A DNA stretch of 64,000 nt from Lytechinus pictus. Lineage: Eukaryota. Numbering within the stretch: the stretch's first letter is position 1; the number at the start of each line of letters is the position of its first letter. Shown in pieces: positions 36,888 through 47,197 of the stretch. The stretch is from contig NC_087251.1 in NCBI RefSeq assembly GCF_037042905.1, positions 32,428,001 through 32,492,000 of the forward strand, given 5' to 3'. Made by a program: the position numbers and the translations under genes. The notes under the pieces were generated by a model that was not told where the DNA came from, ran no database searches, and saw only the letters and a program-made list of their open reading frames with translations.

Positions 36888-39518
36888 GTGGTGATAATGA
36901 CGAATATTATATGACGATGATACAAGATGATGAGATGGTGACGATTATGGTGATGGTGGTTGGTGGTAATCATGATGATGACGAGGATGATGATGATGAT
37001 GATGTAGATGATAATGTGGGTGATGATGATGTTTGTGATTAACCGGCGATGTTTTCCTGGTGAAGGTGCTGATGGCGGTGAAGATGATGGCCGTTTTGAT
37101 GAAAGATATATGATCTATAAATCATTAAATTTAACGATGACAAACTTATTGAGATGGAGAAGTTTGTAACCATCGGTCATAAGAAAATCCACCACTACTG
37201 TTCAGATAAGACATCAAAATCAAATACTGATATGCACCAATAACAACTCGTTCATTAAATTACAAGGGTAAATGAGCAACAGTAAGTACAACTTTTGAAT
37301 GCGTCTCAGTTTATTCATGATTGATCCGTGGTTATTTTCATCTAATTGATTTAAATTTACCAAAAACAAATCCTTTTCTGAATCTGGTTTCTAAGACCTC
37401 ATCTTATTATTGACAGCACACGGACGTTTTCACTCAAATTTTAAGGATTTCTCTATGTCGTATCATAACCATGATAATAATCCTAATTAGTTTCTCTCAA
37501 ACGTTTTGATTCCCTCTATCTACAGGTATTAAGTTACTGTCCCAAGGACATGAAAGCCGACGTCTGCGTTCATCTCAACCGGCGCGTCTTCAACGAACAC
37601 CCGTCCTTTCGTCTGGCCAGTGAAGGATGTTTGAGGGCGCTTGCCATAAGCTTTCAGATGAGCCACAGTGCACCAGGTGATCTGCTAGTCCACAGTGGTG
37701 AAAGCATTGACTCACTTTGCTTCGTAGTCGCTGGCTCACTGGAGGTGGTTCAAGATGACGAAGTGGTTGCCATCCTTAGTAAGTCATATATCCAATCCTT
37801 GTCATACGTAATTCTCTATCCTGAGTTAATCTTATTCCTGATTCTCCATCCTTAATAATTCATCATATAAAAGAACTTAAACATTCAGTACGTCACCCTT
37901 TGTCAAATCGACATCTTAACCAAGTAATCAAGAGATTTTGATTGCGTAAGCGTGACAACCAATCTGGTCGATCTAAAATTTATTTCGCTCTTTTTATGAC
38001 AACCTTTATGAATTCAGACTTTTCAAAGGATACCTGGCTTCCATTCGCTAATTCTAATTATTACATCATTTGTTTACTGGTAACCAGGTAAGGGTGATGT
38101 CTTTGGAGATGCATTCTGGAAAGAGCAGGCCCTAGGACAGTCTGCAGCCAATGTCAAATCGTTGACATACTGTGATCTTCATAGCATCAAGAGAGACGAT
38201 CTTCTCGATGTCCTCGATTTCTACACCCAATTTTCTACATCGTTCGCTCGTAATATGGTGCTTACTTACAATCTCAGACGCAGGGTACGTATTATTATCA
38301 AAACAACCTCTTACGATTCTCGAGACATCCAAAATGTGTAATGGGTTCCTTTTTTCTAATTTTCGCAGGTCATATCGAATTATTAAACTATATTTTATTT
38401 TTCCTGACAGGGTACTACTAGGAGGTAGTATTTTGGTAATTTAGGTAGTTTTTGAGAAAGGTGTCATTCCTGTATTCTTTATCACAAGATATCTTATCAT
38501 ATTTCTTTCTGTTTCCTCTTGTATTTTATCTCTCCAGCTAATTTTCCGGAAAGTAGCAGATGTCAAACGGGAACAGGAAGAAGCAGAGAAACGGAAGAAC
38601 GACCCTCCGATACCAGCTGATCATCCTGTTAGAAAGATGCTCAATAAATTCCGGAAACTCAGTGACGTACCCGATAAAAAGCCTCCTACGTCGACGATAA
38701 GAAAATCAAGAGGTGAAACAAAGGACGTTGAAAAGGGAGACTCACATGCTTTGAGCAGAGTTCCTGAGCATCAAACGCCACCGCCTTTAGCATCGATTGG
38801 GAGGGTGAAGTCGGTGAAAATGCCAGACGCGCCGGTAAAAAGACAAGACAGTACTAAAGAAGTGCCAGATACCAAATGGGGCCCCTTAAAGAAGATTCCT
38901 CTTCGAAAGGCAGAAAGCACGGACAGTGGTATACTCCGCAGTGAGCAAAGGCTCGATGAGATTGGTAGGAGTGATAGCAAGGAAGGCAGTAGTTCAGTAA
39001 GCGCTGCCAGCTCGGATCATCATCTCTTATCCAGTCTCATGGAGATTAAGATTGAACTGAAGGAAGAGATAGAGAACCTGGGGATGAAGATGAATCGCTT
39101 AGACGACCAGATAGCTGACATCATCAAAATATTCTCACCAGACGTATCGCAGTACTCGTCCAGTATGGCCAGCTCAAGTAGTTCACAAATGGGATCTTGT
39201 AATGAAGTGCCCTTGAGTTCACCACAGAAGTCACCCATGGTTGTCCAGGTTAGGGAACATGGTGACGCTTCATCAGACAGTAGCGGTTTGGGTGAGCAAC
39301 GTAGCTCTAGTGTGACGTCAACGGGTTCGGCAACATCAAGGCAAACCTTGTCCAGCAATGGAGGTCGTAGTCCGACAGCGATGGCCGCGCATCGAGGGCC
39401 TCCTCCTGTAGAGAACACGTTGGACCTCGTTGAACACGATGCCCAAATCGATGCGGGTTCCTTGTCTGAGATTGAATCCCCTCCCAGCCCGGGACCAAGA
39501 GGCAATCCAGAATTCTGA
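17225..39518 (+). CDS. KCNH1: EAG-family (Kv10/KCNH1/5-like) voltage-gated K+ channel, 5'-partial; join(17225..17455,25812..25940,29049..29179,29708..29918,30814..31001,33377..33788,36397..36596,37526..37778,38088..38284,38538..39518)
   Basis: All ten exons have AG/GT boundaries with matching phases. Translation shows PAS domain ([21 protein letters not shown]), S1-S6, S4 [15 protein letters not shown], pore TSVGFGN, C-linker, CNBHD with YNL intrinsic ligand, and a C-terminal coiled coil. EAG-subfamily motifs [18 protein letters not shown] and [11 protein letters not shown] are present. Confidence 0.96.
18932..19102. repeat. (TAG)n microsatellite
   Basis: Read directly. Confidence 0.95.
19327..19761. 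mobile_element. Near-perfect palindromic MITE (about 200-bp arms), 3-bp AAT TSD, Harbinger-like
   Basis: AAT|GGCCCGAATTCACAAAGGTGG...CCACCTTTGTGAATTCGGGCC|AAT. Confidence 0.9.
22885..23150 (+). mobile_element. Degenerate tRNA-derived SINE
   Basis: Decayed A/B-box head, core CTCTCCACCCCGGTGTAGTAAATGGGTACCC, GCCGGGGTAAT. Confidence 0.65.
24066..24320 (+). mobile_element. tRNA-derived SINE, second family (GTCAGACCAAGAC..TAAAAGATGG core)
   Basis: A-box TGGCTCAGATGG and B-box-like GAGTTCAAACC; core shared with 61533..61748. Confidence 0.7.
25014..25170. mobile_element. Harbinger-like MITE, CAG TSD
   Basis: CAG|GAGCCCGTTTCATAAAGGACTTGC...GCAAGTCCTTTATGAAACGGGTCC|CAG. Confidence 0.88.
25291..25576 (+). 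mobile_element. Full-length tRNA-derived SINE
   Basis: A-box TGGCCCAGCGG, B-box GGTTCGAATCC (25344-25354), conserved core, (ATT)n tail; copies at 40542 and 54452. Confidence 0.88.
25812..25940 (+). CDS. KCNH1: EAG exon: PAC region ([15 protein letters not shown]...[17 protein letters not shown])
   Basis: Polypyrimidine tract plus tttag|GG, donor G|gtacga; phase 1 at both ends. Confidence 0.93.
26243..26485. mobile_element. CACT-type palindromic MITE, TA TSD
   Basis: TA|GACTGCAAAA...TTTTGCAGTG|TA with about 85-bp inverted arms. Confidence 0.8.
28489..28662. repeat. Dispersed repeat with an imperfect internal palindrome
   Basis: GGCTTTGTCGAAAAT...ATAGCAG pairs with CTGCTAT...ATTTCGACAAAAACC; homologous to 15495..15632. 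Confidence 0.6.
29049..29179 (+). CDS. KCNH1: EAG exon: post-PAS linker ([21 protein letters not shown]...ISH), includes N-terminal calmodulin-binding-like helix
   Basis: tttag|GT...CAT|gtaagt, 131 nt, phases match both neighbours. Not in the ORF track; resembles vertebrate EAG GKFARLTR. Confidence 0.9.
29708..29918 (+). CDS. KCNH1: EAG exon: S1 and start of S2
   Basis: acag|ATG...G|gtaagg; [19 protein letters not shown]. Confidence 0.95.
30627..30731 (-). mobile_element. SINE tRNA-like head fragment
   Basis: Reverse complement has A-box TGGTCGAGTGG and B-box GGTTCGATCC followed by the GAGCAAGGCG core. Confidence 0.7.
30814..31001 (+). CDS. KCNH1: EAG exon: S2-S3
   Basis: tcag|GT...AAT|gtaagt; [44 protein letters not shown]. 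Confidence 0.95.
31777..31790. promoter_or_regulatory. RFX X-box motif GTTGCCATGACAAC (intronic)
   Basis: 13 of 14 positions match the palindromic X-box GTTGCCATGGCAAC; function untested. Confidence 0.45.
32494..32770 (+). mobile_element. MITE with CCTTTCACAC termini, internally deleted copy
   Basis: CCGCCCTTTCACACGG...GTGTGAAAAGGCCCT; inverted homolog at 32853..33290. Confidence 0.8.
32853..33290 (-). mobile_element. MITE of the same family, longer copy in inverted orientation
   Basis: AGGGTCTTTTCACAC...CCGTGTGAAAGGGCGG. Confidence 0.8.
33377..33788 (+). CDS. KCNH1: EAG exon: S4, S5, pore helix and selectivity filter (GFG), start of S6
   Basis: atcag|AAC...T|gtgagt; [12 protein letters not shown]. 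Confidence 0.96.
33843..34422. mobile_element. Harbinger-like MITE interrupted by a TTAA-duplicating element
   Basis: Arms CATAAAGCTGTTCGTAAGTTAA / TTAACTTACGAACAGCTTTATG; uninterrupted copy at 41912..42094. Confidence 0.85.
33887..34281. mobile_element. Kolobok-like non-autonomous element, TTAA TSD, AG...CT termini
   Basis: TTAA|AGCTAAAT...ATTTACCT|TTAA; the empty site has a single TTAA in the 41912 copy. Confidence 0.78.
34522..34680. mobile_element. Harbinger-like MITE, GTCGGA-arm family, CTG TSD
   Basis: CTG|GGGAGCGTTTCA...TGAAACGCCCCC|CTG. Confidence 0.87.
35262..35417. mobile_element. Harbinger-like MITE
   Basis: CCG|GGTTCCGTTACACAAAGATT...AATCTTTGTGTTACGGAGCC|CTG. Confidence 0.8.
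36397..36596 (+). CDS. KCNH1: EAG exon: end of S6 and C-linker
   Basis: ttgtag|CT...AAG|gtattt; [13 protein letters not shown]...[11 protein letters not shown]. Confidence 0.95.
36678..37032. repeat. Degenerate (GAT)n microsatellite
   Basis: Read directly; source of the spurious poly-Met and poly-Ile ORFs. Confidence 0.93.
37526..37778 (+). CDS. KCNH1: EAG exon: C-linker and start of CNBHD
   Basis: tacag|GTA...A|gtaagt; [22 protein letters not shown]. Confidence 0.95.
38088..38284 (+). CDS. KCNH1: EAG exon: CNBHD (KGDVFGD...LTYCDLH...LTYNLRRR)
   Basis: accag|GT...AGG|gtacgt; translated by hand, frame not shown in the ORF track. Confidence 0.94.
38538..39518 (+). CDS. KCNH1: EAG terminal coding exon: calmodulin-binding-like segments, tetramerisation coiled coil, Ser-rich tail, stop TGA
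   Basis: ctccag|[61 protein letters not shown]. Confidence 0.94.
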   Translation, partial: LIFRKVADVKREQEEAEKRKNDPPIPADHPVRKMLNKFRKLSDVPDKKPPTSTIRKSRGETKDVEKGDSHALSRVPEHQTPPPLASIGRVKSVKMPDAPVKRQDSTKEVPDTKWGPLKKIPLRKAESTDSGILRSEQRLDEIGRSDSKEGSSSVSAASSDHHLLSSLMEIKIELKEEIENLGMKMNRLDDQIADIIKIFSPDVSQYSSSMASSSSSQMGSCNEVPLSSPQKSPMVVQVREHGDASSDSSGLGEQRSSSVTSTGSATSRQTLSSNGGRSPTAMAAHRGPPPVENTLDLVEHDAQIDAGSLSEIESPPSPGPRGNPEF

Positions 39519-40541
39519 TCTTTCAAACTCTCTAAGAGCAAAAAGATTCATGACTCTTTTTTTCCAATGGCCAAAGGAACTTATGAAAACTTATCTATAA
39601 CAAAAAAAAGATCCGACCCTTGTTCTTAGCACTATCTTAAAGATACCATTAAGAGAATGTGGGTCTTTAAGATTCAAGAGAGGATCCTTCCTGGCAGCAG
39701 TAAGGAAAATGAAGTAGAAAAGGAAATAAATCTACTAATAAAATCGAATGGGTACTCCTACGCATGCGGGAATTCTACCGCACTCCCTTTGCTTGATTTT
39801 CATGACATCTAGCTAAAGCAGCAGTGCACAGAACCTGGAAATGCTACCAAAATGCAATGATTTCCAGATTGCTCATTTTATAGACTGTTACTACAGACTG
39901 TGGTGTGCACTCTCGTTTCGGTTTTCATTGCTTTTTCACGTCCACAGTTTCGTAAAGTCCTTATGTGAAAGTGGGCTTTAAACACTGTCTTGAAGACAGT
40001 TATCAAGCTTTATAAGAGCAGTGATATCTTCCTGTCACGCCGCTGTGTAGCTCGGAATCATGCCTATCTCATTTCGATAAATAATATGATTTCATCTTTG
40101 CCCACAGTAAGCTACATCACCAGGGTTGAGGGTTAAGGGCGACCGTTCATTCTTTTCCCTTTAAGTATATGGGGGAGAACAGTATAAAAAGAGAGTCACA
40201 ATGCCGTTTAATTCTAAAGTGCATGTCAATAAACGTGCGTGTCAAACAAACTTTGAAAATTGAAAATGCCTTTCAACTGGAAATTTCACATAACATGGGG
40301 ATATTTTGTGGGTCTTTCCTATATGATTATCAAGGGCATTTTCCTAGTCTGAAATATTTTTGTGATACGCGTCGTACATTTTGAAAAGAACAAATCAATT
40401 GTACGATCGATCGCTTATAATGTGGGAAAAAGGACCAGAAGACCCAAATCTAACGTTTATCTTTATCATGAGGTTTAAAAAAGTGGTGTTATTGGACCAT
40501 ACTGCACCGTAAACCGGGAATTTCCAGGTGAACAAAATATG

Positions 40542-40822
40542 ATAATAATAGACAGTTCTTGTATAGCGCATAACACATTATGAATAACGTCTCTATGCGC
40601 TTCCAAAGGACTTGGATATTATTACCCCGGCTGTAGCTCAAGCAGCCTTCCAGCGCTCAGTGCATTTCAAGGAATACCCCTGCCAGGTACCCATTCACCT
40701 CACCTAGGTTGAGTGCAGCACAATGTGGATACATTTCTTGCTGAAGGAAACTACGCAATGGCTGGGATTCGAACCACGACCCTCTGTTTCAAAGTCCGGA
40801 GACTAATCCACTGGGCCACAAC
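40542..40822 (-). mobile_element. Full-length tRNA-derived SINE, downstream of or within the EAG 3' UTR
   Basis: Reverse complement of the 25291 family, including GGATTCGAACC. Confidence 0.88.
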
Positions 40823-41911
40823 AGAACTTCACCCTTTTCCTTAAGTAAAGGCAATAATCATGTTTGTCGACAAATCTCGATGCTTTTCATATGACCCTGA
40901 TACAATAAGAAAAACGTTGCCTGATAATAACCTATTACATTTTGACGTAACATTAAGAAAGAATTTATTACTCTAATCGCAAAAGCTTAGAAAAAAAAAT
41001 AATGTTAGCCTATCACAACATGATTATTCCAAAACATTATATTCCTTATTCAAATGAAGACATACTTAAAGCTCTTAATTAATAATTAGTCTTTTCAAAG
41101 ATTCTTTGAATTAACAGAACAAAATACAGAACGGTGTGCTGCAGATACAAACTTATTTTGAAGAAAAACACTACACAAATAAAGTGAACTGTGATGTAAA
41201 AACGCAATGTTTTTATAGCACTACGTACGTATCAACCTCTTCGTTCAAATTTATTTTTCTACATTAAGTAAAAAGCTTGTACATAATTTTATATTGATAT
41301 AATGATGAAAGTATGAATGAAAGAATATGCCAATGTGTTCACTATTTCTCTTTCATTTAATTTTATTCATCTTATTTTCATTATTTGTATAACAGAATGT
41401 ATTCTAGAAAATGGAGACTAATGATTGACGCTGTTTTTATGATAGGGTATGTTTTTGCACCAAGGAGGAAAGTATCGATAATGATGGTGGTTCATTTCAC
41501 AAAGAATGCAACTTAAAATAATAAATTATCTATTATAATTCCAGGGGGTGTATTGTAGAGCTGAAGGCTGAGGATTGTCTAAAGTTTTAAACAAGTTAAA
41601 TAAAAAGTTTAATCAATTAAAAAAGGGTTTAAACAATCCGTTAGCGTGACGGGTTAAAAAAAACGTGCTTACATTTTTTTTACAGTGTTGATGAACGCTG
41701 TGTCCAGTTTATAATTCTTTAAAATTAGTTTTTTTTTTAAGTTGTCTGTTTATTCACCTTTGGTGTGAAAACATTCGCGTCATATCATCAATTCTGTCCA
41801 CGTTTTATCGTGAGGTGGTGTAATAACTATATGGTTTAATGATAATTTTGGTCAAGTCAAAATGAAAATCACATCAAAGAATGATATTATACTGAATGGT
41901 TAATTATCCCG

Positions 41912-42094
41912 GGGTCCGTTTCATTAAGCTGTTCGCAAGTAAGGAGCGACTTTAAGAACGAATGGTGAACCTTTCTTATTTGCTAAATAATCACAAATGA
42001 ACACTTAATGGTGAACATCATTTACTACAAGAAAGGATCACCAGTCGTTCTTAAAGTCACTCTCAACTTACGAACAGCTTCATGAAACGGCCCC
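41912..42094. mobile_element. Harbinger-like MITE, intact copy
   Basis: CCG|GGGTCCGTTTCA...TGAAACGGCCCC|CTG with about 65-bp arms. Confidence 0.85.
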
Positions 42095-45000
42095 CTGGTC
42101 AAAATCAGAGTAAATTTTCATAAAGTAAAAAAGATGACAACGTACAAATGAAAATCAATACATACGATATAATGATATATATTTTTTTCAATTTCGTGCA
42201 TGCCCGGGTGAGCGGAAAAGGAATAAGGAAACAATTCATTTATCGTTTTGTAAAAGTAACTTTATACCAAATTGAGAATTGACTTTGGTTATGAAGTAAA
42301 AGGATGTTGACAGCAATTTTTCATGATAGAACATGGAATAAATGAAAATATCATTTTTGACAATAGCAAATTTTGATGATAAGACATCGTAGATGTAGAC
42401 TGCTTTTTTTATTTATAGATAAATAAACTATCGATCTTTCATCTCGTGATTTATGCACATAGAGCAAGTAAAAAGAATCAAGTGTCAAAAACAAATGGAA
42501 TATTCCATGTGATTGAGATACGAGTGATATTATGATGTCATCACTTATATACACATGTTGTACATATACACATCGCGTTTGCGCATATACAGTTTATGAA
42601 AGATGTTTTTATATTGGGATTTCCGCTTTCCTTTATGCGAAAAATTGTTATTGATGCACATATCACCCAGTTTCTCATTATCCTCAATCTGTTTGATTTC
42701 ATACGAGATTGGTGATCGTAATTACTTTCAGGTTTTTGAACTCATCTATATTTGTACACTATAAACGTCCGTCGACACTGAACTTGTAAATATATATCGG
42801 GAGAGCTTTATGTCGGCATTGGCAACGAAATGAATTAAGAATTATCGATACGTTCATAATTTTATGTATTCAGATTATGTCTTAACTTGCGCAATATTTA
42901 GAGTTTATATATCAATGTAAATAGAAATATAGCCTTAAAAGATAATATCAGATTTTCATTCTTATATCATTGTGATCTATATATTTCTTAGAAAAACATT
43001 ATATTTGTTGTCTTTAACCGATGTGTTCTCACAAGATCTTTACATTCAGATTGCTTCGATTATTTATTCTAACTACTGTGGATGTGTGTTGATTTGAATA
43101 AGAAATTCGCCCTCCCCTATATAATCTTAAACGTATTTGTCTAAAACGAACCCCTTTTATAAATTGTGAACTCCCCCGCCCCCCCCCCCCCCAAAGAAAA
43201 AAGAAAGAAAGAAAGAAATAAATCGTGTTTCGGATAAAGGTTTGGGTTGGTCGGTAGGGTAATTTTTTTATTATAATGATCAAGTTTTCCTTATTTTTGC
43301 AAAGGTTGTTCTTTAAGGCATATTTTCAATAAAAATGAAATTAATTGAGGTAATCACAAAATGACCTTCAAAACATGTTGATGGTCGAAATTGTATCCTT
43401 TTCAAGTCGTTCTACAAGTTCACGAATCATCCTTTACTTCTATTTTATTTATCTTTGTCTGAGAGAAATCTCGATTACTGTTCTCACAAATAATGCCTTT
43501 TTTCTCATTTTAATCAAAATAATGGAACAATATATATGTGTAATCTTTACAGATAGATGCTACTGTTGTTGTAATAGATAACAATGTGTGAATTTTACTA
43601 TACGGTGTGCCTTAATGCAATATTTTTCAATTGTGTGCGGGAAGTTTTTCAATGTTTTATTGATTATATACGAAAATCCTTTCCGTATGACAATACCATT
43701 ATCCTAAATATTTATGAGACAGTTATATGTAGGCTAATATTTTTTAAACTGGCTCTAAAGCAACACAATTTCTGTTGGAGCTTTAGTTTAATCTGCCGTC
43801 TTTTTCACTGGGAGATAAAGCCTCTATAAGCTCTCTGTCTTTACGAGCGGGAACTCTTCGTAATAATAAGCACATAGTAAAAAAAAATCAAAATTAGCCA
43901 ATGGTTTTCTTTGACAAAAAAATGGTATGCTTTTATAAAATTGATGGTATATTCAAAGCATCACGTTTAATTTTTTTCAAATAATCAATTAGGCCAATTT
44001 TAAACTGTGATATTTGTTTATATTTAATGGAAATGGCAACAAACAAAAATGATATTCCGATTATGTGCGTTGTAGGAAGTATTTTGCAATCGAAAAATAA
44101 ATTACAATATTTACTCAGGTAAATGCAAAGAATTTCAGCAAGTAAAATGGCTTCGCATTGCATAAGCTTTCAGAATTCTATATCTTTATCTATAGATAAG
44201 AAAAAACGGGAAGTATTGTCTGTATAATTTTGAACTCTTACGCTTATGACCCAGTTATAAGTACTTAAACAAATAAATGTATATCATTTGGGCAAGGGCA
44301 TATAAAGATACAATTTATAATTAAATTCATAATCGTAGGCCTACTTGATTGTATGCTCATGGATAATAGTGACGGAACATAATCACCTCTAATTCTTGTC
44401 ATCTCCGTCAGATTTTATTAAAAAAAATACAAAAGAACCACAAATCGAGCTACAACAAAAACAATTATATTTGTTCAACGTTGCTATTTGCCACGTTATA
44501 ATCCGTTTCAATTTCAAAACGAGTTTTTTTTTAAAAGAAACCCTTGTCGGGTATGTAGGCCTATTTGAATTATAGACACAGCGTATTGTAATGAAATGTT
44601 GCCTGTCAACAGTTTTCTTTGCTCGCCATGAATTGATTGATTTTGCTTCAAGTTATCACTACATATTGTATTTTAAAATACTACTATTATGGATATTGGT
44701 ATTCCATACACGTATACAATTTTACAGCATATTCAAAGCATTCCAATAAACAATTTTAGAATTATTTTGACGATATCACATAAAGAATATCACCCTCATA
44801 TTTTTATTTTTCCTGCAAACAAAATGCTGCGTGAAATTCTTTGGTATTTATTTTTCGAGTATCTTTCCTCAAACCTATACATTCCTACATTTCGTTCACT
44901 GGTATATTTATGTTCTTGTATTTAAAAAAAAAAGACAACATAAAATCATTCCAAGAATGGTACTGATTTTCATTCAAGAATTGTGCAAGCCAAATAACTG

Positions 45001-46334
45001 AGAATTTTTGCTTTCAGATTACTATGATGTGTATACTATACTTCGTTAATCTGTGTGAGATATAGGTAAATCATTGATAATTATTTTTTTTAAGTCGATC
45101 TTATGACATGATCATCAGAGAACGAGATCAAAATGAGACAAAGATTAAGTTTTTATTATCGTTTCTTTGCCACAGAAAGTCGGAAGATTAGATATAATTT
45201 TTTATTTGCTTGTCGTTGCCTTTTCTTTGTATGCCGTACTAGCCAAGAACAAAATCAGAATGAAAATGATTATTCAGATTTATTCGACGTGTCAGTTTGA
45301 TACCTTTTGATTTGTAAGTTTAATCGGATTTGATGAGATATTTGTTGTTTTAATTAAATCGTATTCTTGGGCACTTACCAAGTACATGTGTCAATGACAT
45401 AACATTTTCGGCCTTCCTGTCCATGTTTTCATTTGTCTCAATCTGATTATATTTCCCTCTCCTTTCTTTCTTATGTGTGTAAAATATTTCTGTTCGGGTT
45501 TAAGCGTTCATTTATTTGGAGTTCAAAGTTGATATTATCCATTACATAACCAAGCATTACTTGATTTTCAAAATTGGAAGAAAAAAATAGGAACAAGGCA
45601 GGATTTGATGATTGGTGCTTTTTATCTGTAAAACGTTTTAAGCCGTATTCCCGATATAAAAAAAGCTGAAAATTCGGATGTTCTATTATTAGCAAAGGCG
45701 CCACATCGGGGGCAACTACCCCCCCTGATTTTCAAATTAGAGAGAGAGAAAGTCGGAGAGAAAGTAAAACGTTAGACAGGGAAGAAAGAGGAAGAGCAGG
45801 ATGGAAAGGGAAGAAATAAGAATAAAGGTTATGAGACAGAGAAGACTGTGACGTGTAACTCTGTACCAATATCAGTCACTGGAGAGAAAGAACAACAACA
45901 AAAAAGACACAATCATCTTTACATCGCTTTGCGCCCCCCCCCCCCTAGTGCCGCCCCTGAAATGATAAGAATATGCAATTTTCAAAATCATAATCAATTC
46001 TTACGAGCACAAGGAATAGACATAAACACACAAATTATTGATTACATCTTTGCTAAGAAATTCATCTGCAATTGTATGAGCCTGAAGACCAAATGTCGAT
46101 GATTTCAACAAGTGTAACTTGACATTCAAAATGAATAACCTGTATTTTTCAACAAAAAATATGTTTTTGTAATCACTCATTTTAAATTTTTTTGTTTTGA
46201 TATTGTCCATTGGACATACATATTCTTGATATGCAGCATTTTTGTTATCTTCAAAACGAGGCAAATGAAATAAATCGCCAACCAACTCTAATACAGCATC
46301 AATCACTCAATTAAAAAAAAAAATGTTTTGGTCC

Positions 46335-46762
46335 AATCATATTGCTCACTCAAATCTCTCAGAAATTGCCCAGTGTATCCCATAACCTCAGTCAGCAAAA
46401 AATCCATTATCTCAACAAACATCAATCAACTATATGAAAGACATCATTGGGAATTTTTCATTAAAAAAGAGTCCTTTACAACTGCAACATACACTCATAA
46501 AGTCATTTTCACATACTTCAAATTTATGCAGTCTTTTTTATATAAATGAAATAAAATCACCAACCAAATATAATACAAAATTAATCATTCATTTAATAAT
46601 CTTCTTTTTTTCAGTTCACTCATATTGCTCATTCAAAATTTTTCAGAAGTAGTCCACTGTATCCCCATACCTCAGTCAGCAACTAAATCATTATCCCACT
46701 TAACAAAAATTCACTACGTGTAATTACCATTACTGAGAATTTCATTTTAAAAGAGTCCTTCA
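46335..46762. repeat. Degenerate direct duplication, period about 285 bp
   Basis: TCATATTGCTCA...TGTATCCC..ACCTCAGTCAGCAA...AAAAGAGTCCTT occurs twice. Confidence 0.7.
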
Positions 46763-47197
46763 AAACGATATGAATGCATATTCAAGTACAATAATTTACG
46801 CACACTCTCTTATATTATTATCATTTATTATTTCTTTAATTTATATTTATTAGTCAATATCAATATCAATATAAAGATTTCTGCTAAAAGGTTAAACTAT
46901 ATTTCATTCAGATTATGAACGAAAGATTATGAATTATGAATGATACACCAAATGTAACATACATGATACTGATTTTAGAATATTATATTGCACAGGAATC
47001 GTGGGAAAACTACCTACATCTATAAATTGATGTGTCACTTTGATAACCTACTGCTCAATCTCGTATTTTATTTTCACATCTCTTTTAGAAACTATTCAAA
47101 AAAGATATTCCAATCATCACAGAAAATACTCCTCATTTCATTTTTTATCCTTAGTAAACATCTTTAACCAACTCATATTATGGTTATGTCAAGAAAA

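Noticed and set aside
36615..36973. Poly-Met and poly-Ile ORFs
   Set aside because: Translations of a (GAT)n microsatellite.
39020..39541. 173-aa antisense ORF
   Set aside because: Shadow frame of the EAG terminal exon with no recognisable domain.
45693..45959. Possible hAT-like MITE ending GCCGCCCCTG
   Set aside because: Left terminus is degenerate and there is no matching TSD.
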